A DNA stretch of 63,493 nucleotides, the filler included, from Octopus bimaculoides (Eukaryota): NCBI RefSeq assembly GCF_001194135.2. It is 8 parts of 7 records of this genome, joined end to end, with 100 filler letters (N's around TTAATTAATTAA, not from the genome) between each part and the next. Parts side by side here need not be neighbours in the genome. Positions count along the whole stretch, not along the records: positions 24,847 to 30,420 come from NC_068982.1; positions 30,521 to 32,714 come from NC_068983.1; positions 32,815 to 43,178 come from NC_068985.1; 5 more parts are not named here. The stretch is one strand, 5' to 3'. Positions 25,560 through 37,170 of the stretch are shown here, one piece after another (positions within the stretch are counted from its first letter, which is position 1; the number at the start of each line of letters is the position of its first letter). Below the pieces are notes generated by a model. It searched no databases, was not told the origin of the DNA, and worked only from the letters and a program-made list of their open reading frames with translations. Made by a program: the position numbers and the translations under genes.

Positions 25560-26700
25560 GAGCAACGCATCAATGGTTCTTTATGTCTATTTAAGTTAGA
25601 TAGCGTATAACGTCGCTTCGCGGTATAGATTGTTACTAGAATTCCTTCCAGTATATTGTAGAACGCTACCTATTACAAACCATTCTATAGAACATTTAAT
25701 ATCATTCTCTTTGATGCTCCGAATAACAATAGTTAAAGATATTTTTTTTCTTTTATATTTGAAGAAGTGTGATTGGGAATTCCTGATTTAATTTTTGTAG
25801 AACAAGTACCTATATAACAATACACATTACAGAACATTTATTAACTATATTTAAACGATTTATTAACTATATTTATTAACTTTATTTATTATTAACTATA
25901 TTTATTAACATTAACTATGTTTAAACGATTGTTCGCTGGGTAGCAATTTTCAAAGTTCCTGAAATTACATAATTCATTTAGTCTATTGATATATGATTTT
26001 CCATTTGTTGTGTTACCGTTCCTATTATCACCTGTATGAGGTTTCATCTTCTATATTTAGACTAGGTGCATTTTAGATACTAACGCTCGTCCCTTCCTCG
26101 TTATATACACTCATCTCGTTACATGTAAACCCAAGGAAAATTTACTGAGCAATATACCAAATAATTTGTTTTTAAGATGTTCTTTTTTCTCCAGGATTGA
26201 TTTGATGTTTAACATTGTTATGTCTATCATTCCATACATTAACATTTATAATGTTACGAGAAGAGGTGTGACCATCTGTAGATCCAGAACCGCTCACACA
26301 ATCCATATTCTTATTACTTGAATTCTTGGGCAGCTTATTTCTCAGAATAAGCTGATTAATTCCGACTCTTTTCTCCAAAGTCACAAGGCTGTATGCGTTA
26401 TTCCTTTCTCCATGCGAAAAGCATGGAAAAAATTACGTAACTATCTGACAGCATTCCTTTTCTATTTCCCTGTTAATATTCATCTTTTTGTCTAACCTAT
26501 TATTCTATTTCTGTGTATTTCCAGTTCTACCATTAATGTAGTCGTTATTATCAGTCATCTGTATCCATAATTCTTCGTCGTCCTTATGTGCTTTCCCAGT
26601 ATCCACGTGAAGAATTAACCAAATATTTTCGGTATGAGCAACCTTGGAATTCTAGTAATAACACTGGGAATGGTATGAATGGTTCTGTTCCTGGAATCAG
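25560..26700 (-). mobile_element. Highly degenerate Penelope-like element (RT C-terminal part plus GIY-YIG endonuclease)
   Basis: Across stops and frameshifts: HKDDEEL, KQIIWY, LCNFRNFENCYP...LNIV.KCSV, CYIGTCSTKIKS...NHTSS, IRSIKENDIKCSIEWFVI. These resemble PLE motifs YRDDGL, RNIIWFNPP, CNCR...CPL...NIVY, YIG...FK.R..NH..S, IW.LK....Y.I.W. Confidence 0.55.
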
Positions 26701-27921
26701 ACTCCCACCCGTCGAAACGACAATATACTGGATAATAGGATAATAAATATAACGATAGATTAACTGTCGAAATCCTAGTTTTTCATTCTGAATTCCAGCG
26801 ATATTAGAAAAAGTTGCGTGTAAGATTAGGTTCCTTGAAATGCTTTCCTCATGCATATTTTATTGATGCTGATGCGGTGCTAACGAGATGTGTCAAGTTG
26901 TTTCATTAGTGTCAGTCGAAAAATCTGAGCCAAATTCATTTCGTTTCATCTCGGTCATTTTGTGAGCAAACGTAGGAAACTAAATCGATACCTACCATTC
27001 ACGTATATTTACTGAATATGGTTAATGAGCATTTGCAGGTTAAATGGCAGGAGTAATATCATACACACTGGTGATTATAAACCACTAATATACAATGATT
27101 GCTTTCGTCCTGCTTAGGTGATTGATGCTTATTCATTTGAATTATCAGCATATTCACGATGACACAAATATACGTTCACATGCAGAAATACACAGGGACA
27201 CACAGTCACACAAACAAACAAACATGCATACACACACACACGCATACATGTTTACAAATATGTATATATTTGTCATTTGTGTGATTTTGTACATACAGAT
27301 CAAATATGTATGTGTGTATATATAAATAAATAAATAAATAAATAAATAAATATATATATATNNNNNNNNNNNNNNNNNNNNNNNNNNNNNNNNNNNNNNN
27401 NNNNNNNNNNNNNNNNNNNNNNNNNNNNNNNNNNNNNNNNNNNNNNNNNNNNNNNNNNNNNNNNNNNNNNNNNNNNNNNNNNNNNNNNNNNNNNNNNNNN
27501 NNNNNNNNNNNNNNNNNNNNNNNNNNNNNNNNNNNNNNNNNNNNNNNNNNNNNNNNNNNNNNNNNNNNNNNNNNNNNNNNNNNNNNNNNNNNNNNNNNNN
27601 NNNNNNNNNNNNNNNNNNNNNNNNNNNNNNNNNNNNNNNNNNNNNNNNNNNNNNNNNNNNNNNNNNNNNNNNNNNNNNNNNNNNNNNNNNNNNNNNNNNN
27701 NNNNNNNNNNNNNNNNNNNNNNNNNNNNNNNNNNNNNNNNNNNNNNNNNNNNNNNNNNNNNNNNNNNNNNNNNNNNNNNNNNNNNNNNNNNNNNNNNNNN
27801 NNNNNNNNNNNNNNNNNNNNNNNNNNNNNNNNNNNNNNNNNNNNNNNNNNNNNNNNNNNNNNNNNNNNNNNNGTTTAGTTATAGGGATAAGATTTTTAAA
27901 CCCCAAGTAAGATAAATTTAA

Positions 27922-28224
27922 TCATTGTTTGTTAAGAGTGGGTTTGAATTTCTTAATAAAGTCCTTTTCTTTGCGTTTTCTCTCAATTTCATTCAGGTTG
28001 TAAAGTTTATGGAATGGAAATATAATAAAAGTTTGATAACCACATGTTGCCAGATGGTTACTCAGTGGTATTTGGCGGACTTCTGAGTTTTTGATCTGTT
28101 GTCGATGCACACGTGAGCCTTCCGATAGTGCATTACCTGTCTGGCCAACGTACAGTTCTTCACAATTAGGGCATTTGATGCAGTAGATTAGATTTCTACT
28201 TTTGCAGTTCATGTTCGCATTGGT
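27922..28224 (-). mobile_element. GIY-YIG endonuclease C-terminal ORF fragment of a Penelope-like element (uninterrupted)
   Basis: NMNCKSRNLIYCIKCPNCEELYVGQTGNALSEGSRVHRQQI...LSNHL...FPF.K...ERKRKEKDFIKKFKPTLN: LIY/YVG motifs, CxxC and terminal F.P.LN. Confidence 0.85.
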
Positions 28225-28317
28225 GAAGACGCTTTCCCAACGTGCCACGCACCAGGACTGACTCCGGGACTATGTAGTTGGGAAGCGAATTTCTTACCAC
28301 ACAGTCATACCTGCTCC
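28225..28317 (-). mobile_element. SINE family A tRNA-like head fused directly to the GIY-YIG fragment
   Basis: Minus strand GCAGGTATGACTGTGTGGTAAGAAATTCGCTTCCCAAC...GGAGTCAGTCC..GTGGCACGTTGGGAAAGCGTCTTC, then PLE coding sequence. Confidence 0.75.
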
Positions 28318-28369
28318 TAATGTATGTCTTATTTCTTATTCTTAAGTATATATACAAAAAGGAGGTGTT

Positions 28370-28850
28370 GCTACTGACTGATTGTTATATTCGATTGTGA
28401 ATTCAACTATGTAGTACTTATCTAGAATCAATCAATAAAGTTATCAACATACCTGGTACAGATAGCAGTGTTAAGCTTGGAAATACATTAGAACATTTAG
28501 AAAGCCACAAATGTAGGCTTACTGATTCCTTGATATGTCCAGATGAGTAACACAATCATTGCGAGAGGTTCTAATTTTAGACCTATTCAAGTCACTATCA
28601 TTCTCCTCAATTATAATATCGCTCATTTATGCATTGGTAATGTCTCCGCCAATGTTCCAAACTTCAGCGATATTGCTAGAAATATTTCCCCTCGTAATTG
28701 AACGTTTCGACTCAGTGTTAGTAATATTGGTTATCTCTTTCTTATATCCAATTCTTCTCAAGGCTTTATTGTTAGAGGCTGTATTATCAGTGAATATTTT
28801 CTCGTTAGCAGAAATATTAGAAATATTAGACATTAGAACGCCTGTAAATG
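28370..28850 (-). mobile_element. Degenerate Penelope-like RT C-terminal fragment
   Basis: ISNISANEKIFTDNTASNNKALRRIGYKKEIT resembles PLE S.ISS.EEIF......Y..AL..SGY..KI; downstream stop-containing LTLL..VLHS*IHNR. Confidence 0.55.
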
Positions 28851-28965
28851 GAGTGTAAACTTACGTTGAGTTAGTGATGTGAGAAATGGATGCTTGAGTT
28901 AAGATGAAATGAAATAACCAGGAAATTTACTATTGTAATATACTCGTCAAAAAAAATGGATGTAT

Positions 28966-29297
28966 CAGTGGTTCTCAACCGGGGTCCATATTAAACTGTT
29001 GGGTGTCCGTGCAAGCAAAATAGATATAATTGGGAGTCAACAGAATACTTTAAGGGTCCAGGCGTATTCCTTTCAAGAACAGTTCACCATGTTTCTAACC
29101 ACTGAAACGTGTTCTCTCAGTACTATTATTGCAAACCTAGGCAAGTGATCATGTGAAAGACAAAACAAAGATTTTGAAAGAAATATCTATAAACCTAGTT
29201 TTTAAACATCGAATGGTTCTGGGTAGAGGGAGGGCACCACCACAAAATACTAATCAAAGGGATCGAGAGGTTAAAAAATTGGTTGAGAAGAACACTG
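28966..29297. mobile_element. ~330-bp hAT (Charlie-like) MITE
   Basis: Terminal inverted repeats CAGTGGTTCTCAACC (28966-28980) and GGTTGAGAAGAACACTG (29281-29297); the 8-bp flanks match only partly. Confidence 0.7.
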
Positions 29298-29738
29298 GAA
29301 TAAATTGAAGCTGTCGAAATATCTGTGCAAACATAACGGAGTCATTCCAAAGCTAGAGGAGAATAATTGTAACCATTAAAAGATAATCTTCAGGGTATTA
29401 GCCATTAACTTAATAAAGGAAATTATTCTTTAACTCAAATGAAAAGAAAACGTTAACCTGGGTGGAACCCGGAAAATCCATTGTAATATCGAAAGTGCAC
29501 AGAGTATCTCTTTTTCGTTATCGACAGTGAATTGAATGGGAATTTATATGTTCCTAGTTGTAGTAATAAGATCGACTTGATTTGTTTTATCAGTAATTTT
29601 GCTTCTGAATGTAAGAGATTTATTGGAAAGATGAATAGTAATTTACAATATCAAATAGTAGGAAAAAAATTCAGCTTTTTAACTAAGTTTACGATCTATT
29701 AGATCAACGCACCAGCATTATCCCAAAGAGTTTGTTTG

Positions 29739-29792
<54 letters not shown>

Positions 29793-29883
29793 CATACACA
29801 CACAGTAGAAATTAAAAAAAGATGGAGACAGGTGTATAAACAAGTGGATGTATTAGATTGATGCTCTTGAAGGTGAGAAAGTG

Positions 29884-29919
29884 TTTTAAGTTTCGAGCCT
29901 ATGCTCCTCAACAGAAAGG
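29884..29919 (-). ncRNA. Degenerate minimal type I hammerhead-like motif
   Basis: Minus strand CCTTT CTGTTGA G GAGC ATAG GCTC GAAAC TT A AAA; perfect 4-bp stem II, core differs from CUGANGA at A6. Confidence 0.45.
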
Positions 29920-30385
29920 AACACGGAAATAAACAGAGTGGAGTAAAACAAAAACTTGTGGAGTTATCGGTCAATCATATGTATATAATTTATTACTAAA
30001 CCATATTACTCTACCTCCGGTATTCGAGTATTATGTTTTCACACTTGTTTCACAGTTATGTGCTTACTTTGGAATTACTGGCCTTTAGCACAGTTTCCAT
30101 TTCTCCTTCACGCTACCCACTTTTGTCTTGTCTTGCAGCCCTTCGGCTTCTTTTGCTGCATATGTATTACTATCATCTTCATTGTTGTTTTCCTGTGGCC
30201 CTGAGCCTTTATTCTGTTTATTCTTTTGTCCCTCGTCCGTTTACTGGCGCAATCGTCTCGAGCCCGTCTCGTCTTGTTATGTTTTTGTCCCATTGCCGGC
30301 AAGAAACTTGCCGGGCCTCCAGAGTGGAAGCAATATTATCTATAATGGCTGAAATTGCGCTTTGACCCTCTGGCCAATAACTGTG

Positions 30386-30416
<31 letters not shown>

Positions 30417-30520
30417 ATATNNNNNNNNNNNNNNNNNNNNNNNNNNNNNNNNNNNNNNNNNNNNTTAATTAATTAANNNNNNNNNNNNNNNNNNNNNNNN
30501 NNNNNNNNNNNNNNNNNNNN

Positions 30521-30584
<64 letters not shown>

Positions 30585-30587
<3 letters not shown>

Positions 30588-30785
30588 ATGTCTGTGTTTT
30601 TCCTCTCCGCCGTTTGACAACCGGTGTTGGCGAGCTTACGTCCCTGTAACTTGGTGGTTTGGCAAGAAAGAGATCCGATAGAATAAGTACTAGGCTTTGA
30701 AAAAAATAACCTGAGGTCGATTTCTTCGACTAAAACTGTCGCAGTCAAATGACTGAAACAAATTAAAGATTGAAGATAAAAGGTA
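30585..30785 (+). mobile_element. SINE family A 3' half after a (TG)n array
   Basis: TTGACAACCGGTGTTGG...CCGATAGAATAAGTACTAGGCT...GCAGTCAAATGACTGAAACAA. Confidence 0.8.
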
Positions 30786-30984
30786 CATATCAAATGTAAA
30801 GGAATAGAGATTTGGAATCCTGGGCAGGTACCTTATTAAGACTCTGATGCAATCCAGATCTGGCGAACCATATCACATGACAGGGAACATTCAGAATCGT
30901 TTAAGGCAAACAATTGAATTGTACTTCAATCGGTAGGTAAATCCTGTGTTCGCTTCATTGGACTTCATGTAGCGTGCGGGGTAT

Positions 30985-31437
30985 AAACTCAAGACATCAT
31001 AAAATTATTTTATCAAAATGTTATTCGGATCAAATTCCAATCCGACAAGTGTTTTGCTGGATAAGTATCTTAGTATTCTTTGATGTAGCAATTATGTGTA
31101 TTTAGTTGATTTGAATTAAATCAATTGTAGTACATGTTTATCCAAAAGTAGACATCGCTATGCAGGTTTGTTCAAGCTGTTACCAATGCCAGTCGGTTAA
31201 TCGAACTGAAGATTCAAGTATTAGATATGTGTGTATATGAATTTTTACCTTGAATGAATGTGTACTGCAACTGATTTACTTCAGAACAACAAAATGCAAA
31301 TAACTGCAACATCACAGGACGCCAGTACACTTATCCAGCAGAAACACCTGTTGGGTTGGAATTTGAGAAGGATGATACCCTTCATTAACAAATTTGTACA
31401 TATTTTCTGGGGTTTTTTTTTATGATGTCTTGTTTAT
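30985..31437. repeat. Imperfect inverted duplication, arms ~30985-31145 and ~31255-31437
   Basis: ACTTATCCAGCA(G)AAACAC(T/C)TGT(C/T)GG(A/G)TTGGAATTTGA, TTTTATGATGTCTTG and TGTACT(A/G)CAA(T/C)TGATTTA are shared between opposite strands. Confidence 0.8.
31285..31388 (+). CDS. Candidate terminal exon (E)QQNANNCNITGRQYTYPAETPVGLEFEKDDTLH*
   Basis: GATTTACTTCAG|AA acceptor and open frame to TAA; the inverted copy has lost the AG and carries a stop plus a 1-nt deletion. Confidence 0.3.
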
Positions 31438-31680
31438 CTATACATCATTCTGACTTCCTTTCTGAGTCTCTCGTTTCCAGTCCTACCAGTCATTTTCATT
31501 TTCCTTTGCGTTACTCCATACTTAGTTCGTTAGCTATTCCCAGTGGGTTTTCGCCGTTGGCGCCACCAAAAATTAATGATATCAGCGTTAAAGGCGCGAA
31601 ATTGTAAGGTTCTTTTGAACGTTGACTAGTGAAGAATTATCTATGAATTTTCCATTTCTTGTGCTTTTGACAAATTTTGA

Positions 31681-31711
<31 letters not shown>

Positions 31712-31854
31712 NNNNNNNNNNNNNNNNNNNNNNNNNNNNNNNNNNNNNNNNNNNNNNNNNNNNNNNNNNNNNNNNNNNNNNNNNNNNNNNNNNNNNNNNN
31801 NNNNNNNNNNNNNNNNNNNNNNNNNNNNNNNNNNNNNNNNNNNNNNNNNNNNNN

Positions 31855-32050
31855 ATATGAGGGTTTGCCGAAATACAGGAGAATCAGTTAAGTATGATTT
31901 TATTCAACTTAATCCTCTCTCAGATTCACACACTTACTGCAGCGGCCTTTTACTTTTTCTAACCCTTATACAAGAACTCGGAATCTTGAGCCTCCAGCCA
32001 AACCTTTTGCGATATCCTTAAAGTCAGGAACCTTTCAACATCCCTCCCCT
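31855..32050. mobile_element. Degenerate mariner-derived MITE (same family as 46657-46804)
   Basis: TGAGGGTTTGCCGAAA left end and AGGAACCTTTCAACATCCCTC right end; internal CACACTTACTGCAGCGGCC is homologous. Confidence 0.65.
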
Positions 32051-32377
32051 GTGTGTGTGTGTGGGGGGGGGGGTATGTGTGTGCTGGTATGTATTTATAT
32101 TATGTAATGAGATATCGGATTGTGAGAACTTGTATTTTTGCTCACTCTCAGGTTAGGTACAGTTTCGCTTTTGTTTTCAAATTGTAAACAAGATTAACCG
32201 AATATAAAGTTATTTTAATTGTGTGTATATATGAATAATTTCCTTATACAAATATAACTATATATGAATATGTATACGTATATGTATATACATATATGTA
32301 TATGTATATATGTATGTATATATGTGTGTGTGCATGTGTAAGTATGTATGTATGTATGTATGTATATTCCTCTAAAT

Positions 32378-32456
32378 CATTCTGACGATGCTTGCTAAAA
32401 TGAACGAGATAAATGCAAATTTACTTCGAAATAACAAACTGAAACAGCTGTAAATG
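32378..32456 (+). ncRNA. Type I hammerhead-like motif with palindromic helix III
   Basis: CATT CTGACGA ... GAA ACAGCTGT A AATG: 4-bp helix I (CATT/AATG), intact CUGACGA and GAAA, GUA cleavage triplet; helix II is long and poorly paired. Confidence 0.4.
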
Positions 32457-32682
32457 TTCTTGAACTACTATTAAACCATGACCTTTTAATACCAATGATC
32501 ACCTTCTAATTGTTAATTGTTGCTCCATTTATTATCTGAATATATTAAATAATGGTTTTACCATTTAAATTACCAACTACTGTTAACCTTATAGCCAGGC
32601 CTAAACATAGTGAGGTAATACATCAGTAGTGTCTGCGGATACAGTTATCCCTTAGATGGTTGCATAATCTCTAACTCATAAG

Positions 32683-32714
<32 letters not shown>

Positions 32715-33284
32715 NNNNNNNNNNNNNNNNNNNNNNNNNNNNNNNNNNNNNNNNNNNNTTAATTAATTAANNNNNNNNNNNNNNNNNNNNNNNNNNNNNN
32801 NNNNNNNNNNNNNNAAAAAGAAAAAAGAAACACAGAAAAAATGTTTAAAAAACATAAACATCAAATTATCTATGCTTTCTTCAACCACCCCCTCTTTAAA
32901 ATTTCTCAATGGAACATCACTTTCAGTTCTTCAGTTCGTCTAGCTTCAGCCATCAAGACATTTTATTGTTTTGCTGTTTATTTTTAAAATGTTCTTGCTG
33001 TTTCTGTTTTGGTTTCGTTTTGCTTTTTACCTTTCTTTTTTTTTTTTTACAATTTTGTTCTTTAAAAGAGAGAAAAAGAATAAAGTCAAGTCTCTGCGTT
33101 AATTGCTTTAAACTTGAAAATCTCTTCTTTCAAAAATCTGGCCACAGCTTACAGATGTCTGTGAAAGTGGATTCATTTCAAACCATGATTCATTGAACAG
33201 CAAGCAGATTCTTCTCTCGTTTAAGACAGAAATAAAATATGAGAGAACACGGTGGTGTTGCTATTAGCATTACCGTTGCCACTT

Positions 33285-33416
33285 CTCTTCCTCCTCCTTA
33301 TACTACTACTACTAATACTAACACTACTACTACTACTACTGCTCCTTCTCCTCCTCCTCCTCCTCCTGCTACTACTACTACTACTACTACTACTACCACT
33401 GCTCCTGCTGCTGTTG

Positions 33417-33448
<32 letters not shown>

Positions 33449-33480
33449 GCTACTACTACTCCTACCAACCCCACTACTAG
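33285..33480. repeat. (ACT)/(CCT)/(GCT) trinucleotide microsatellite
   Basis: Direct reading. Confidence 0.9.
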
Positions 33481-35559
33481 TGATGGTGATGCAGATAATA
33501 ATGCTTCATTTTTTCTTGTCACATGTTGTAATTCTTGGTCGTAAAATAGTTGTTTCTCTAGTTGTTGTTGCTGTTGTTGTTTTTGTTGGCGCTTGTCTTC
33601 ATATTGTTGTTCTGTAAGGATTATTAAACTATAAATTGTCAAATTGTTAATAAACAAATTGCAATTTCCAGCCTTGACTACATCTAACAAAGAATGCAGG
33701 CTTCTGAGGAGCGTCGACGGGGGAATTTTTCTTTTTAATTTTATCAAAACAATAACAAAAAAAAATATTTTGATTTACTTGCAAATGTTTGACCCTCCCC
33801 ACGCTCTTGAAGACATTTTAGACAAGAAACTTGACTTATTACTCAAATCAAGCAACAAGAGTGATATATGACTTTTAGATTAATGGCAAAGATCTTAATT
33901 AGCAGCTTCAGTTTGATGTTTCATGTCAGGCTTTTGCTTCGCTAGCAGAAGGTTCAACCAATAGCTTTGTATTCAATTCATCCCTTCATCACTTGTGATT
34001 TAATTAATAAGTGGCTAAAGATTATTGATGGACCTAAGCTGGCAATAGAATATTGGTAGGTGAACTGAAAGAACTATTGATGGAATATAATTTCGCTTGG
34101 ATATCTTTTTACCGATTCCGGTGAATGTTACTAATTTCCCATTTACATACCTTACGGTATCAGATAAAGTATGCAGAAAGTTATTTTTAATGGAAGTAGG
34201 TTTGCTTGGGCAAATGTTGGTTGTTGTTGTTGTTGTTAACGTCATCCCAGGTCAATTTTAATTGACCAGGCCTAATCAAAGCCTTTCTATCCATGACCAT
34301 CTTGTCTTTTAATCAATAGTTCTGACAGCATTATCCAATACATCTTTCGCTTTTAAACTAATTCGGTGTTGATTACGAGAGCATTTTCTACTATTTCTAG
34401 CAGGTTTAGAGAACAGGTTTTGCCCATATGAAAATCTAATTTCAGTACTGCAAACTAATCAAAATGCACGCACTCTGTAGTTTATATAACGTTCCTTCTG
34501 TTTGCAGTGGTGAACTATATACCAGTTATATATAAACTTATATCAACTAAATTTCTATACAAAAGTCATTAGTGTCATCGATAAGGTATGAGTGTTTTTT
34601 GTTTTGTCTTTTTTTTTTTCTAATCATAAANNNNNNNNNNNNNNNNNNNNNNNNNNNNNNNNNNNNNNNNNNNNNNNNNNNNNNNNNNNNNNNNNNNNNN
34701 NNNNNNNNNNNNNNNNNNNNNNNNNNNNNNNNNNNNNNNNNNNNNNNNNNNNNNNNNNNNNNNNNNNNNNNNNNNNNNNNNNNNNNNNNNNNNNNNNNNN
34801 NNNNNNNNNNNNNNNNNNNNNNNNNNNNNNNNNNNNNNNNNNNNNNNNNNNNNNNNNNNNNNNNNNNNNNNNNNNNNNNNNNNNNNNNNNNNNNNNNNNN
34901 NNNNNNNNNNNNNNNNNNNNNNNNNNNNNNNNNNNNNNNNNNNNNNNNNNNNNNNNNNNNNNNNNNNNNNNNNNNNNNNNNNNNNNNNNNNTTTTTTTTT
35001 TTTTTTTTTTGTAGTCTTACACTTGTTAATCAGACGAAATTATTCTAAAAATTAGTGAGATTATTCACAGATTGAAATGAAACACTACTACCACATCTAT
35101 TGTACTTAGCAACACTGACTCTTTGAATATTCATTGTTTCCTTGATGTTCTAATCTTCTCAGACGCACTTGCATACGTATACGCACGCGCACACCTAGAC
35201 ACATACATATGTATATATGTGTGTGTGTGTGCGTGTGTGCATGTATGTATGCATGTATATATGCACATATATATTCATATACGGCTATATACATATACAT
35301 ACATTCACATATATATATGTGTATGAGCGTGAATGCCTTTGTATGTATATATATATATACATTATCATTTAGATATGCGTGTGTGTGAGCGTGTGTGTAT
35401 GTGCATATGTGTGAGTGTGAGTGGCGTATGCATGCATGTATATGTACATATATTGACTGCTTTAGATTTTTTACGTACAGAATGGCTTAATAGTTCCCCC
35501 ATGTTTGGAGAGATGCCATCCTCATTTCACTCTTGAAGAGAAAAGGTGTGCTAACTTTC

Positions 35560-36020
35560 ATGCATTTCCTAATTTCTAACTGCTGCTAAGTTATTCACCA
35601 AACTTTTGTTGAATCAGCCGTAAATATACATAATGCTCCATCGTTCTTCCATAGTTTCAATCTGGATTTAGAACTAGTAAAGACACCACTAATGATACTC
35701 AGCGTTATGCAGTTACAAAAGAAGCTCCTAGAAATGATATTCTTTACCGAGTTTTGTTCATCTAACGAAAGCTTTTGACACGAGAAAATAGAAATGTGCT
35801 AATGCACCCAGGAGAATCCCAGAAAATTAGGGAAAATAAGTTTCTTGATTGTTTTGCTCAACTGCACACTGGTATGAGAGCCTATTTCAATTCGAATATT
35901 ACTTTGTTGGAACCGATTCTATTGGACAATGTTGTTATAAAGAGGGTTATACTTGCGTCGATGTTGTTCGACATATACTGTGCAGTAGTGATTACTCATG
36001 CATTTGCTAAATATAGAAGA
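35560..36020 (+). mobile_element. Degenerate RTE-clade LINE reverse transcriptase fragment
   Basis: FQSGFRTSKDTT, VHLTKAFDT, QLHTGMRAYFNSNITLLEPILLDNVVIKRVILASMLFDIYCAVVITHAF resemble RTE QCGFR..RST.D, VDLTKAFDT, QLHDGM.A......SEPF...NGVKQGC.LAP.LF. Confidence 0.75.
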
Positions 36021-36234
36021 TATAGGAGACTAACGTGTCGAGTTCATATAATTGAATAGGACAACTAAAGCCGATGGCATCCACATAGCGCCAGCCCAGT
36101 TGGTGAAACCAGTAAAAGAAGGAAAATTTGAAAGAATAAATGAGATATTGGAAGATCAAAACCCAACTGAAACATATTGTGACCAGTTCCAATTGTCATA
36201 CGAACCAGCCATCCTTAGGTGCCATAAGACCAAC

Positions 36235-36303
<69 letters not shown>

Positions 36304-36954
36304 TGCTGTTGTTGTTTAATGCCAGGTAAGCTTCTGTGGAAAGAAATGCTATATTTAGAAACATTCTTTATGACATTTCCTTCTTTTCTACAAACATCTT
36401 TAAAACAAAAATTGAGGGATATGACGGTTAATTTAGTCCTAGAAATGAGCCAATGAAAATGATTGTGCGATAGCTTGACCGGCATGAGAAATAGCGACAA
36501 AATCTTCCTCAAGTCACACTCTAATACGTGTTCTCTCATTTACCTGGAACTTTCTTTTTATAGATTCTCTTACATTCGAAATGTGGGGATGCTTCGAGAA
36601 AACGTAACCAAAGTTTAATAAATATTATGCCACATAGCATAAGAAATAATCCCATTTCAGCATGTAAACTAAACACCATATGGCATATGAGATAATCTCT
36701 TTTGCTGATGTAAATAAAATAGATTGCTAAAACATGAGATGGCAGGATAACATCTTAAATATTTGCCCATTTATGACATTTGATAAGCTCAGTTTTAAAT
36801 ACTAAACATTTAACTCGTATCTAATATGTTTTATCTATTTATGTTTATTTCTTAGAAATTCCTGTTTCAAGCTGAATTGTAACACATTTTGTTTTCTGTT
36901 GTCGAACCAGTGATGTAACAACGCTAGTATTTACTCTGTTGATATTCAATTGCA

Positions 36955-37170
36955 GCAGGCCGTGAACTGGCAGAATTGTTACTGTGTTGGTGCGTTACGT
37001 TCTAAGTTGAAATTCAGTTGAAGTCAACTTTTAAGGTGGCGCGCTGGCAGAATCGTTAGCATGCCGGGCAAAATGCTTAGTGGCATTTCGTCCGACCTCA
37101 CGTTCTAAGTTCAAATTCCGCCGATGTCGACTTCGCCTCTCATCCTTTCGGAGTCAATAAAATAAGCGCT
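36955..37170 (+). mobile_element. SINE family B (short degenerate head at 36955 followed by a copy from ~37033)
   Basis: GGTGGCGCGCTGGCAGAATCGTTAGC...AGTTCAAATTCCGCCGATGTCGACTTCGCCTCTCATCCTTTCGGAGTCAATAAAATAAG. Confidence 0.8.

Noticed and set aside
28539-28843. Apparent minus-strand exon with AG acceptor and GTAAGC donor
   Set aside because: Internal in-frame stop, and the peptide matches a Penelope RT region better
33600-34200. Possible decayed coding sequence (QLQFDVSCQAFASLAEG…)
   Set aside because: Many stops in all frames and no family recognised
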